From assembly GCA_963701965.1 (NCBI GenBank), contig OY969695.1, positions 1,504,001 through 1,568,000 of the forward strand: a stretch of DNA of 64,000 nt, read 5' to 3'. Made by a program: the position numbers and the translations under genes. This document shows positions 29,300 to 38,823 of this stretch, in pieces. The stretch comes from an uncultured Gemmatimonadales bacterium (GTDB lineage: Bacteria; Gemmatimonadota; Gemmatimonadetes; Gemmatimonadales; Gemmatimonadaceae). The notes beneath the pieces are model-generated. The model ran no database searches and was not told the DNA's origin. It was given only the letters and a program-made list of their open reading frames with translations. Positions within the stretch are counted from its first letter, which is position 1. The number at the start of each line of letters is the position of its first letter.

Positions 29300-30323
29300 G
29301 CTGTTGGCCAATGATCGCGCCACGCGTCCGCGAAGGGTACTCCTGGTCGCACTCGACAACCTCGGGGACCTGGTATTCGCGTCGGCCCTGCCGCGGGCGA
29401 TCAAAGCCCACGACCCGGCGGCGACGGTCGGTTTGTGGTGCAAGTCGTACACGGCCGACATCGCGCCGCTGATTCCCGACGTGGATTGGGTGACCGCCGC
29501 CGACCCGTTCTGGGACGACGCGCCAGGCCGCGCCAAGGGCGGGATGCGGGCTTTTTTTCGTGCCATGCGCCGCGTCCGCCGGGCACGGTTCGACGTCGCG
29601 CTGCTGGCCTCGCCGCAGTGGCGGGTCGCCGCGGCGGTGGCTTGGACGGGCATCCCCATGCGGATTGGCCAACGCCGCAATTACAATCGCGGTCTCCTGA
29701 CCACGGTCCTCCCGCCCGCCGACCGCGCCAAGCCGGTCGTGGATGATCTGGGCGCGCTACTCGCGCCCCTTGGTATCGCGCCGGCGCCGCTCACGACCGG
29801 CCTCGACGCCCGTTCGCTCGACGGGCTGCGCGCGGACTACCGGGGTCGACTGGGCTCCGCCCCGGTCGCGGTCGTGAACCCCTTTGTGACCCTGTCGCCG
29901 GTGGGCATTCCGCTGGCGATTTGGATCGACGTCGCACGCGCGCTCAGTGGGCGCGGGTACACCGTAGTGTGGCACGGGACGGCCGCGCAGTTGGCGGGAC
30001 TCGGGAAGGCGTTGCCGCCGGAACCGCAGTGGCGGAACGCCGCCGAATTAGGCGACGGCACGCTCCGCGCCGCGGTGGCCTTGGCGGCGACGGCCGACAT
30101 TTATCTGGGATGCGATTCCGGGCCGTTGCATCTCTCGGCGGCGCTGGGGATCCCCGTGGTCGGGGTGTTTCCTCTGGCCAGCAAGCTGCCGCGATTCAGA
30201 CCGCAGGGGCGCGGACCGGCGCAGATCGTCCAAGGCCCGGTCACTCCCGCCGCGATCCTGGACGCCGTGGACGCCCTCCCGCACCGCGCGCCCGCGACCC
30301 GCGCCCGAGTAGGTTTCCCGTAA
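29298..30323 (+). CDS. Glycosyltransferase family 9 (heptosyltransferase-like)
   Basis: LDNLGDLV, FDVAL, GCDSGPLHLSAALGIPVVGVF. Confidence 0.9.
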   Translation: MLLANDRATRPRRVLLVALDNLGDLVFASALPRAIKAHDPAATVGLWCKSYTADIAPLIPDVDWVTAADPFWDDAPGRAKGGMRAFFRAMRRVRRARFDVALLASPQWRVAAAVAWTGIPMRIGQRRNYNRGLLTTVLPPADRAKPVVDDLGALLAPLGIAPAPLTTGLDARSLDGLRADYRGRLGSAPVAVVNPFVTLSPVGIPLAIWIDVARALSGRGYTVVWHGTAAQLAGLGKALPPEPQWRNAAELGDGTLRAAVALAATADIYLGCDSGPLHLSAALGIPVVGVFPLASKLPRFRPQGRGPAQIVQGPVTPAAILDAVDALPHRAPATRARVGFP

Positions 30324-31066
30324 TGCTCTACATCTGCATCCCCGCGTACAACGAGGCCGATACGGTCGGCCTGCTCCTGTGGCGCATTCGGAAAGTGCTG
30401 CAGGAATTCCCTCGCGAGTATGCGCTCGCGGTCTATGACGACGGCAGCACCAATGCGACCGCGGACATCCTCCGTCCCTATGCCGACGTCGTGCCCCTGA
30501 CCGTGCTCCGCGGCGAGCGGCATCTGGGATACGCGGCGGCGGTCGACGCCCTCTGTCGTTGGGCCGCGCAACAAACCCGCTATGCGCGCCGCGATGCCAT
30601 GATCCTGATGCAGGCCGATTTCACGGATCAGCCCGAGCACCTGCCGGATCTGATCAAGCGATTCGAGGGCGGCGCGGACATCGTGGTCGCCGAAACCCGG
30701 CTGGCGCCGGCGATGCCGCGCGAAGTGCGGCGGCTGCAGCGGGCGGCCCGGTGGATGCTCCGTCCGTTCGTGGCCGTGGACGGCGTGGCCAACCCGTTCG
30801 GGACGTTTCGCTTGTTGCGGATCGCGGTGTTGCGCGACACCATGAAGCGGATCGGCGACGCGCGCTTGGTGCAGCGGGATGGATGGGCCGGCAACGTGGA
30901 GCTCTTGCTCAAGACCGCGCCGGCGGCGCGGCGCATCGAGGTCGCGGAAGTCGATGCGCGCTACGACGTGCGGTTACGGGCCACTCGCGTGCGCCCGCTG
31001 GCCGATGCCATGACCGTGTTCCGGTTTGGCAGCGCGGCGCGGGCGCTCAAAGCTGCGAGCCGCTGA
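30323..31066 (+). CDS. Glycosyltransferase family 2
   Basis: ICIPAYNE, DDGST, QADFT; TAATG coupling to the GT9 gene. Confidence 0.88.
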   Translation: MLYICIPAYNEADTVGLLLWRIRKVLQEFPREYALAVYDDGSTNATADILRPYADVVPLTVLRGERHLGYAAAVDALCRWAAQQTRYARRDAMILMQADFTDQPEHLPDLIKRFEGGADIVVAETRLAPAMPREVRRLQRAARWMLRPFVAVDGVANPFGTFRLLRIAVLRDTMKRIGDARLVQRDGWAGNVELLLKTAPAARRIEVAEVDARYDVRLRATRVRPLADAMTVFRFGSAARALKAASR

Positions 31067-31271
31067 ACCGCTCGCGCAACCGGCGGGCAGTGTCAGGGCT
31101 GACGACGCGAATGATCAGGTACACGATGGCGCCGACGATCGCGATCTTGATCGCGAGAAAGAGCAGCCACAAGGCGATGCCGAAGACGGCGCCGAACACG
31201 CCAAAGAAAATCTTCAGCAGGAAGAGGCCGGCGACCGCGAACAGACCAATGGCGAGAATGGGGCGTAGCAT
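31047..31271 (-). CDS. Small integral membrane protein
   Basis: GAGGAG RBS, two hydrophobic helices. Confidence 0.75.
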   Translation of the reverse strand: MLRPILAIGLFAVAGLFLLKIFFGVFGAVFGIALWLLFLAIKIAIVGAIVYLIIRVVSPDTARRLRERFSGSQL

Positions 31272-31331
31272 GTTCCAGTGCTCCTCACAGGTGTCGTATC
31301 ATAATACGGGCTCGGTAGGCCGGGAGTTTCA

Positions 31332-32426
31332 GTGCAGCGCTCGCATCGCGCGGACCTGATCGTCATAGGCGGAGGCGGCGTCGGACTGGCCTCCGCGCTC
31401 GCCGCCGCCGAGTCGGGCCTGACGGTGCTGCTGGTGGCGCGGCACCGCGAAGGCGAAGCGTTCCCGGCGGCCGCCGGAATCCTCGGACCATCGATCGAGT
31501 TGGCCAATCACGAGATCGCCGGCGCCGAGCATGCGTTTGCCGTCGCCGCGCGCGATCGATATCCGACGTATCTGGCCCAGCTCGAAGACCGCTCCGGCGT
31601 GACGGTGCCACTCAACCGGCTCGGCATCCTGCAGGTGAACGAGGCGGCTCGCGTCCCACCCGGCGCGACGTGGTTGGATCGTCCGGCCCTCGGCGCGCTG
31701 GAGCCGGCGCTGGCGGGCGCGGCGGGCGCGTGGTTCTATCCCGACGATGGCGCGGTCGACAACGTCGCCATGCTCCGGGCGCTCGAGGCCGCGGTCGCGC
31801 GGTCGTCGCGTATCCGGCAGGTGGGCGCCCTGGCCCGTGCTGTCGCGTTCGATGGCGACGGCGTGGTCTGTGAGACGACGCACGACTCGCGGCACGAAGC
31901 CGGCCAGCTCGTCTTGGCGGCGGGTGCGTGGAGCCCACTGATCGAGGGTCTGCCGCGCGCCCTGCCGGTCGAGCCGTTGCGCGGCCAGATGCTGTCGCTC
32001 GACATCGGACCGCTGACGCGCGTGGTCTACGGGCCCGACGGCTATCTGGTGCCGCGCGGCGGGCAGACGTTGGTTGGCGCCACCATGGAACAGGTCGCCT
32101 TCGACGTCTCGACGACGGAGAGCGGCCTGGCCAACTTGCGGAGGGGGGCGGTGGCGCTCTGCCCAGCTCTGGCGCAGGGCCGCGTGGACCGGGCCTGGGC
32201 GGGCCTCCGGCCGGTGAGTCCGGATTTCTTGCCGATCATCGGGCGGGATCCGGAATTCCCCACGCTCATCTATGCCTGCGGGCACTCGCGGAACGGGGTG
32301 CTCATGGCGCCGCTAACCGCCGATTGCGTGGCCGCGATCGCGCTGGGACAGGCTCCGCCGGCCGACCTATCACCCTTCGGGATCGGGCGATTTTCGCTAA
32401 CCGGCAAACACGGAAGCGTGAGTTAG
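31332..32426 (+). CDS. FAD-dependent oxidoreductase, glycine oxidase ThiO/DAO family
   Basis: GGGGVG, AAAGIL, AAGAWS, RGQ, AGLRP, GHSRNG. Confidence 0.85.
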   Translation: MQRSHRADLIVIGGGGVGLASALAAAESGLTVLLVARHREGEAFPAAAGILGPSIELANHEIAGAEHAFAVAARDRYPTYLAQLEDRSGVTVPLNRLGILQVNEAARVPPGATWLDRPALGALEPALAGAAGAWFYPDDGAVDNVAMLRALEAAVARSSRIRQVGALARAVAFDGDGVVCETTHDSRHEAGQLVLAAGAWSPLIEGLPRALPVEPLRGQMLSLDIGPLTRVVYGPDGYLVPRGGQTLVGATMEQVAFDVSTTESGLANLRRGAVALCPALAQGRVDRAWAGLRPVSPDFLPIIGRDPEFPTLIYACGHSRNGVLMAPLTADCVAAIALGQAPPADLSPFGIGRFSLTGKHGSVS

Positions 32427-32472
32427 CCGGACTTTCCCGTTGATTGCACGGACTCTAAAATTCTGGACGCTC

Positions 32473-33345
32473 ATGGATACGCTCTATCAGATCAGAAAGC
32501 CCGGTTGGCTCAAGGTGACCGCCCCCGGCGGACCCAACTACTTGCGGATTCAGGGCCTCATGCGGGACCTGGGTCTTCATACGGTCTGCCAGGAAGCGCA
32601 TTGCCCAAACGTCGGCGAGTGCTGGGAACATGGGACGGCGACGTTCATGATCCTGGGCGACGTCTGCACGCGCAATTGCCCGTACTGCGCCGTCGCCCAC
32701 GGACGCCCGCCGTCCTATGATCTCGGCGAGCCGGATCGGGTGGCCACGGCCGTCGCCGAGCTGGCACTGCGGCACGCGGTCATCACGTCGGTGGATCGGG
32801 ACGACCTTCCCGACTTTGGCGCCGATATCTTCGCCCGGACCATCCGCGGCATCCATGAACGCGTCCCGGGGTGCTCTGTGGAGGTCCTCGTGCCCGATTT
32901 CCAGGGCAACGAGGCGGCCATCCGCACCGTGCTCGACGCGCGCCCCGAGATCTACAATCACAACACGGAGACCGTCCCGCGCCTCTACAAGCGGGCGCGG
33001 CCCGGTGGGCGCTACCCGCGCGTCATGGAGATCTTCCGGTTTGCCAAGGCGTACGCGCCGGATATCCCGACGAAGACGGGCCTGATCCTGGGAATGGGGG
33101 AGACGGTCGACGAGGTGGTCAATGTCATGCGGGACCTGCGGTCGCGCGACGTCGACATCTTGACGCTGGGCCAGTATCTCCGACCGTCGAGCGAGCACCT
33201 GCCGCTCGACCGCTACTACACCCCTGACGAATTCAAGCAGCTGGCCGTGATCGGACGCGAGATGGGATTCAAGCACGTGGAGAGCGGACCGCTGGTGCGC
33301 TCCAGCTATCACGCGTGGGAGCAGGTGCAGGCCGCGGGCGTGTGA
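32473..33345 (+). CDS. lipA: Lipoyl synthase
   Basis: CQEAHCPNVGEC, CTRNCPYC, RSSYHA. Confidence 0.97.
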   Translation: MDTLYQIRKPGWLKVTAPGGPNYLRIQGLMRDLGLHTVCQEAHCPNVGECWEHGTATFMILGDVCTRNCPYCAVAHGRPPSYDLGEPDRVATAVAELALRHAVITSVDRDDLPDFGADIFARTIRGIHERVPGCSVEVLVPDFQGNEAAIRTVLDARPEIYNHNTETVPRLYKRARPGGRYPRVMEIFRFAKAYAPDIPTKTGLILGMGETVDEVVNVMRDLRSRDVDILTLGQYLRPSSEHLPLDRYYTPDEFKQLAVIGREMGFKHVESGPLVRSSYHAWEQVQAAGV

Positions 33346-33362
33346 GAGCAAAGAAGCGCGCG

Positions 33363-34370
33363 ATGTCGGACCCGGCGGTCGATGGCGCCGTGGCGCCCGA
33401 CCAGGAGCTGCACCTGGCACTCCTCAAGTCGATGCTGCTGCAGCGGCGATTCGAGGAGCGGTGCGCCGAGGCGTATGCCCTGGGCAAGATCGGGGGCTTC
33501 TGTCATCTGTACATCGGACAGGAAGCCACCGGGACCGGGGCGATCTCGGCGCTGCGGGATGATGACTACGTGATCACCACGTACCGGGATCACGCCCAAG
33601 CGATCGCCCGCGGGGTCCCGCCGCGCACCGTGATGGCCGAGTTGTTTGGCCGTGTCGCTGGCTGCTCGCACGGGAAGGGTGGCTCCATGCACCTGTTCAG
33701 CCGGGAGCACAACTTCCTCGGCGGACATGGCATCGTGGGCGCCAACATCCCGTTGGCCACGGGGGTCGCGTTCGCCATCAAGTATCGGGGCGGCGACCAG
33801 GTGTGCCTGTCGTTCTTCGGCGAGGCCGCGGTCAACAACGGGGCATTCCACGAGGCGCTGAACATGGCCGGCCTGTGGAAGCTGCCGGTGATTTACATCA
33901 TCGAGAACAACCGGTATGGCATGGGCACGGCGCTGGAGCGGGCGTCGGCCATCAATGACATCGCCGAGCGCGCGCGGGCGTACGACATGCCCCGGGCGGT
34001 CGTCGACGGCCAGGACGTTTTGGCCGTGCGGCAGGCGGTCGACGAGGCCGTGCGGCGCGCGCGCACGGATCAGATCCCGACGCTCATCGAATCGCGGACG
34101 TACCGGTTCATGGGGCACTCAATGTCCGATGCGGTGAGCGGCACGTATCGCACCAAGGATGAGCTGGAGCAATACCGGAAGCGCGACCCGATCGCGGTGC
34201 TGCGGGAGCAGATGCAGGCGAAGGGCGAGATCACGGACGAGGAGCTGACGCGGATGGACGACGAGGCCAAGGCGGTGTGCGAGGACGCCTGGCAGTTCGC
34301 CGACCAGAGCCCGGAGCCGCCGCTGGAAGCGCTCGGCGAGGACGTGCTGGTGGACACGGTGTCGGCCTGA
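33363..34370 (+). CDS. pdhA: Pyruvate dehydrogenase E1 alpha
   Basis: GFCHLYIGQEA, GKGGSMH, TYRFMGHSMSD. Confidence 0.95.
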   Translation: MSDPAVDGAVAPDQELHLALLKSMLLQRRFEERCAEAYALGKIGGFCHLYIGQEATGTGAISALRDDDYVITTYRDHAQAIARGVPPRTVMAELFGRVAGCSHGKGGSMHLFSREHNFLGGHGIVGANIPLATGVAFAIKYRGGDQVCLSFFGEAAVNNGAFHEALNMAGLWKLPVIYIIENNRYGMGTALERASAINDIAERARAYDMPRAVVDGQDVLAVRQAVDEAVRRARTDQIPTLIESRTYRFMGHSMSDAVSGTYRTKDELEQYRKRDPIAVLREQMQAKGEITDEELTRMDDEAKAVCEDAWQFADQSPEPPLEALGEDVLVDTVSA

Positions 34371-35353
34371 TGGCTGTCGTGACGTATCGCGACGCCCTCA
34401 ATCAGGCGTTGCGCGAAGAGATGCAGCGGGACGATCGCGTCTTCCTCATGGGCGAGGAAGTGGCCGTCTATCAAGGCGCGTACAAGGTCTCGAAAGGACT
34501 CCTGCAGGAGTTCGGCGAGATGCGCGTCGTCGACACGCCGATCACCGAGTTGGGGTTCGCCGGTGTCGGCGTGGGGGCGGCCATGGTGGGATTGCGGCCG
34601 ATCGTGGAGTTCATGACGTGGAACTTCGCGCTGCTGGCGCTCGATCAAGTCGTCAATGCCGCGGCCAAGATGTTGTACATGTCGGGGGGCCAGTACCACA
34701 TCCCGATCGTGTTTCGCGGGCCGAATGGGGCGGCGCTGCAGTTGGCGGCCCAGCATTCCCAGGCCTGGGAGTCGTGGCTGGCCCATATCCCCGGGCTCAA
34801 GGTCGTCACGCCGGGTACGCCGGCGGATGCCAAAGGGTTGCTCAAGAGCGCCATCCGCGATGACAACCCGGTCATCGTGCTCGAAGGCGAAATGCTGTAC
34901 AACACCAAAGGCGACGTGCCGGACGGCGAGCATGTCGTGCCCATCGGTGTCGCGGATCTCAAGCGCGAAGGGGAGCACTGCAGCATCGTCACCAATGGGA
35001 AGATGGTATTGGTGGCCATGCAGGCGGCGGATCTCCTCGCCAAAGAGAACATTCGCGTCGACGTCGTGGATCTCCGCACCGTCCGGCCCATGGACGTCGC
35101 GGCAATCACGGCATCGGTCCGGAAGACCAATCGGGCGGTCGTGCTCGAAGAAGGGTGGGAGCTCGCCGGCATTGGCGCGCAGGTCGTCGATTACATCCAG
35201 CGGGAGTGCTTTGACGATCTCGATGCGCCGGTGCTTCGGGTGCATCAGGCGGATACGCCCATGCCGTATGCCAAGAATCTCGAGCGGGCCGCCAAGCCTG
35301 ACGTTGGCAAGACGGTGGCCGCGGTGAAGCGCGTCATGTACCGGGATCGGTAG
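34370..35353 (+). CDS. pdhB: Pyruvate dehydrogenase E1 beta
   Basis: MGEEVA.YQGAYKVS, DTPITE, VEFMTWNF, AAQHSQ. Confidence 0.95.
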   Translation: MAVVTYRDALNQALREEMQRDDRVFLMGEEVAVYQGAYKVSKGLLQEFGEMRVVDTPITELGFAGVGVGAAMVGLRPIVEFMTWNFALLALDQVVNAAAKMLYMSGGQYHIPIVFRGPNGAALQLAAQHSQAWESWLAHIPGLKVVTPGTPADAKGLLKSAIRDDNPVIVLEGEMLYNTKGDVPDGEHVVPIGVADLKREGEHCSIVTNGKMVLVAMQAADLLAKENIRVDVVDLRTVRPMDVAAITASVRKTNRAVVLEEGWELAGIGAQVVDYIQRECFDDLDAPVLRVHQADTPMPYAKNLERAAKPDVGKTVAAVKRVMYRDR

Positions 35354-35362
35354 AAACCGCCT

Positions 35363-36781
35363 ATGGCCACGAAGATTTTCATGGAAGCGCTGTCGCCCAC
35401 TATGGAGGAAGGGCGGCTGGTGCGGTGGCTCAAGGCCGAAGGGGCCGTCGTCGCCAACGGCGAGTCGCTCGCCGAGGTCGAGACGGACAAGGCCATCATG
35501 GAGCTGGTCGCGCGCGGCGCCGGCGTCCTGCGGAAGCAACTCGTCGCGGAAGGCGCCACGGCGCCCGTTGGGCAGCTCGTCGGGGTGATCGCCGAGCCCG
35601 GCGAGGACATCGCTGCGCTGATCGCCGGGGCCCCCGGGTCGTCGCCTGCGGCGCCGCCTACGGCGGCAGCCTCCCCGGCACCCGCCCCCGCCGCGGCGCC
35701 TCCGGCGCCAGCGGCGCCCTCGTCGGCGCGAGGCGCGACAATGCCCGCCAGCGGCGCAGCCGAAGGCGCAACAGGCGCAGGCGCGGGAGCCGGAGGGGCG
35801 GCCGCCGGAGGTGCTGGTCCCACTAGTGCAGCCGTCGCAGGTGCTGGCCGCGCTGGCGCTGCCGGCGCAGGCGGATTCACCGGAGGCGCTGCCGCCGCAG
35901 GCGGCGCGACCGACGGCGATCGCGTCCGCTCGTCTCCGCTCGCCCGACGACTCGCCTCCGAGCGCGGGATCGACTTGCACGCCATCGCGGGCTCGGGCCC
36001 AAACGGCCGGATCATCAAACGCGATTTGGAGACGGCGCCCGCGACGGCGCCCAATGTGCCGGCGACGACGGCGCCGGCGAGAGAGACAGTGCCAGCCGGC
36101 GACTATCGCGATGCCGCCCTCACGCAGATCCGCCGGACGATCGCCCGCCGCCTAGCCGAGTCGATCGGCCCGGTCCCGACGTTTTATCTCACGGTCGAAC
36201 TGGACGTCGGCCGCGTCACAGAGATGCGGGCGTCGATGGCCGCGCTCGGCGACGAGTATCGGGTGTCGATCAACGACATTCTGATCAAGGCCGTCGCCAC
36301 CGCGCTGGCCCAGCACCCGGAAGTGAACGCCCACTGGCTGGGCGACAAAATCCGGTATTTCAACCGGGTCCACATTGGGATGGCCGTCGCCATCGATGAC
36401 GGCCTGATCACCCCGGTGCTCTTCGACGCCGACCGCAAACGTTTGCGCGACATCGCGCGCGAGGCCAAGGACCTCGCCGCGCGCGCCCGGGCGCGCAAGC
36501 TGACGCCGTCCGAGTACACCGGCTCGACATTCTCGATCTCGAACCTGGGGATGTTCGGGATCGACCAGTTCACCGCTATTATCAACCCACCGGAAGCCGG
36601 CATCCTGGCGATCGGCGCCGTCGAGCGCAAACCCGTCGCCGAGGGCGACACCGTCGCCATTCGCCAACGCCTCCGCGTAACCATGAGCTGCGACCACCGC
36701 GTGATCGACGGCGCCACCGGCGCCCGCTTTCTGTCCACCCTGCGCCGCCTGATCGAAAACCCTCTCTTGCTCGTATACTGA
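35363..36781 (+). CDS. pdhC: Pyruvate dehydrogenase E2 acetyltransferase
   Basis: Lipoyl domain ETDKA, Ala/Gly/Pro linker, SPLARR...GSGPNGRI, DHRVIDG. Confidence 0.95.
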   Translation: MATKIFMEALSPTMEEGRLVRWLKAEGAVVANGESLAEVETDKAIMELVARGAGVLRKQLVAEGATAPVGQLVGVIAEPGEDIAALIAGAPGSSPAAPPTAAASPAPAPAAAPPAPAAPSSARGATMPASGAAEGATGAGAGAGGAAAGGAGPTSAAVAGAGRAGAAGAGGFTGGAAAAGGATDGDRVRSSPLARRLASERGIDLHAIAGSGPNGRIIKRDLETAPATAPNVPATTAPARETVPAGDYRDAALTQIRRTIARRLAESIGPVPTFYLTVELDVGRVTEMRASMAALGDEYRVSINDILIKAVATALAQHPEVNAHWLGDKIRYFNRVHIGMAVAIDDGLITPVLFDADRKRLRDIAREAKDLAARARARKLTPSEYTGSTFSISNLGMFGIDQFTAIINPPEAGILAIGAVERKPVAEGDTVAIRQRLRVTMSCDHRVIDGATGARFLSTLRRLIENPLLLVY

Positions 36782-36782
36782 C

Positions 36783-38171
36783 ATGGCTTCGTACGATGTG
36801 CTCATTCTTGGCGGCGGCCCCGCCGGCTACGTCTGCGCGATCCGCGCCGCCCAACTCGGCCTCACCGTCGGCGTGATCGAGCGCGAAGGCCTCGGCGGCA
36901 CGTGCGTGCTGTGGGGCTGTATTCCCGCCAAGGCCCTGCTGGAAAGCGCCTACCTGGCCACCCGCATGCGGCACGCCGCCGAGCACGGGATCACCACGGG
37001 CGACCTGGGCTTCGATTTCGCCCCGGCCATGAAGCGCTCGCGCGCCGTGAGCCAGCAGAACTCGAAGGGCGTCGAGTTTTTGTTCAAGAAAAACAAGATC
37101 ACCTGGATCAAAGGCACCGGCACGCTGGCCTCGCCCAAGACGGTGAAAGTCGAGCACGACGGGAAGAGCGAGACCCACCAGGCCCAAAAGGCGATCGTGA
37201 TCGCCACCGGCTCGCGCGTCCGCGGATTGCCCCGCGCCGGGCTCGAGCTGGACAAGAAGACCGTGCTGTCCTCCGATGAAGTGTTGGTCCTCGACCGCGC
37301 GCCCAAATCGATGGCCATCGTCGGCGCCGGCGCCGTCGGCTGCGAGTTCGCCAATGTGTTCACGGCCTTCGGCACTGCCGTGACCCTCATCGACATCGCG
37401 CCGACGATCCTCCCGCTGGAAGACCGCGAGGTGGCGGCCGAGCTGACCAAGAGCTTCAAGAAGCGGAAGATCGAAGTCCACACCAACGCGACCATCTCCG
37501 ACGTCAAGATCGCCAAGGACAGCGTGACCCTGAGCATCGACAAGAAACCCCTGACCGTCGAGAAGGTGTTGGTCGCCGCCGGCCGGGCCGCGAACGTCAA
37601 TGGCATCGGCCTGGAAGCGATCGGCGTCCGCCTCGATGACCGCGGATTCGTGAAGGTCAACGATCGCCTGGAGACGACGGTCCCCGGCGTCTACGCGATC
37701 GGCGACGTCGCCGGTCCGCCGATGCTGGCCCACAAAGGCGAGCGCGAGGGCGTCGTGGTGGCCGAGCGCGTGGCCGGCAAGACGCCGCACGCCATCACCT
37801 ACGGGAACATCCCCAACGCCACCTACTGCCATCCCGAGGTCGCCTCGATCGGGCTGACCGAGGAAGCTTGCAAAGCGCAGCAGCTCGACTACCGCGTCGG
37901 GAAATTCCCCTTCTCGGCCAACGGGCGCGCCCGCACGGCGGGCGAGACCGAGGGCTTCGTCAAAGTCATTCGCGAAGCCAAGTACGGCGAGATTCTCGGC
38001 GCCCACATCATCGGGTCCCACGCCACCGAGATGATCCACGAGCTGGCCGTCGCCCGCGAGAACGAGTTCACGGTCGAGGAGATCGACCTGACCGTCCACG
38101 CGCATCCGACGCTGTCGGAGGCCATCGCGGAAGCGTGCCTCGACTCCGACGGCCGGGCGCTCAATGCCTGA
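36783..38171 (+). CDS. lpdA: Dihydrolipoyl dehydrogenase
   Basis: GGGPAGY, GGTCVLWGCIP, HAHPTLSE. Confidence 0.96.
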   Translation: MASYDVLILGGGPAGYVCAIRAAQLGLTVGVIEREGLGGTCVLWGCIPAKALLESAYLATRMRHAAEHGITTGDLGFDFAPAMKRSRAVSQQNSKGVEFLFKKNKITWIKGTGTLASPKTVKVEHDGKSETHQAQKAIVIATGSRVRGLPRAGLELDKKTVLSSDEVLVLDRAPKSMAIVGAGAVGCEFANVFTAFGTAVTLIDIAPTILPLEDREVAAELTKSFKKRKIEVHTNATISDVKIAKDSVTLSIDKKPLTVEKVLVAAGRAANVNGIGLEAIGVRLDDRGFVKVNDRLETTVPGVYAIGDVAGPPMLAHKGEREGVVVAERVAGKTPHAITYGNIPNATYCHPEVASIGLTEEACKAQQLDYRVGKFPFSANGRARTAGETEGFVKVIREAKYGEILGAHIIGSHATEMIHELAVARENEFTVEEIDLTVHAHPTLSEAIAEACLDSDGRALNA

Positions 38172-38823
38172 GTTGCTGGTCGCGCGGCTGGGTCTCGCGC
38201 CGTATGGCGAGACCCTCGCGCGCCAGCGCGAGTTGGCGGCCGCGCGCATCGCCGGCCGCATCGGCAATGTGCTGCTCCTGTGCGAGCACCCACCGGTGAT
38301 CACGCTCGGGCGGCTCGCCAAACGGGAGCACATCCTGGCGCCGTCCGGCGTCGACGTCTTCGACGTCGAACGCGGCGGCGATGTGACGTTTCATGGTCCC
38401 GGCCAGCTCGTGGGCTACCCCATACTGGACCTGTCACGGCATCGACAGGATTTGCACTGGTACCTGCGACAGCTCGAGGCCACGCTGATCGACGCGTTGG
38501 CGCAGTTTGGCGTCGCCGCGGAGCGGCGCGCCGGCCTGACGGGCGTGTGGACCGCGGGCCGCAAGATCGCTTCGATTGGCGTCCATGCGCGGCAGTGGGT
38601 CACCTGGCACGGCTTCGCGCTCAACGTGACCACGGATCTCTCGTACTTCGACCTCATGGTGCCCTGCGGCATCCCCAATGTCGTCATGACGTCGATCGCC
38701 CGGGAGCGCCCCGATCTCCCGGTGAATGTCGCCGCCGTGGGCGACGCCATGGCCGCGACGCTGGCGTCGACATTCGGCCTGACCCCCGTGGACATCGCGC
38801 TCGACGAGTTGACGCCAGTGTGA
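38164..38823 (+). CDS. lipB: Octanoyltransferase
   Basis: EHPPV.TLG, RGGDVTFHGPGQLVGYPI, KIASIG, HGFALN, PCGI. Confidence 0.95.
   Translation: MPELLVARLGLAPYGETLARQRELAAARIAGRIGNVLLLCEHPPVITLGRLAKREHILAPSGVDVFDVERGGDVTFHGPGQLVGYPILDLSRHRQDLHWYLRQLEATLIDALAQFGVAAERRAGLTGVWTAGRKIASIGVHARQWVTWHGFALNVTTDLSYFDLMVPCGIPNVVMTSIARERPDLPVNVAAVGDAMAATLASTFGLTPVDIALDELTPV

Noticed and set aside
35630..35920. Very long Ala/Gly/Pro stretch in pdhC
   Set aside because: A flexible linker between the lipoyl and subunit-binding domains is a normal E2 feature, although this one is long.
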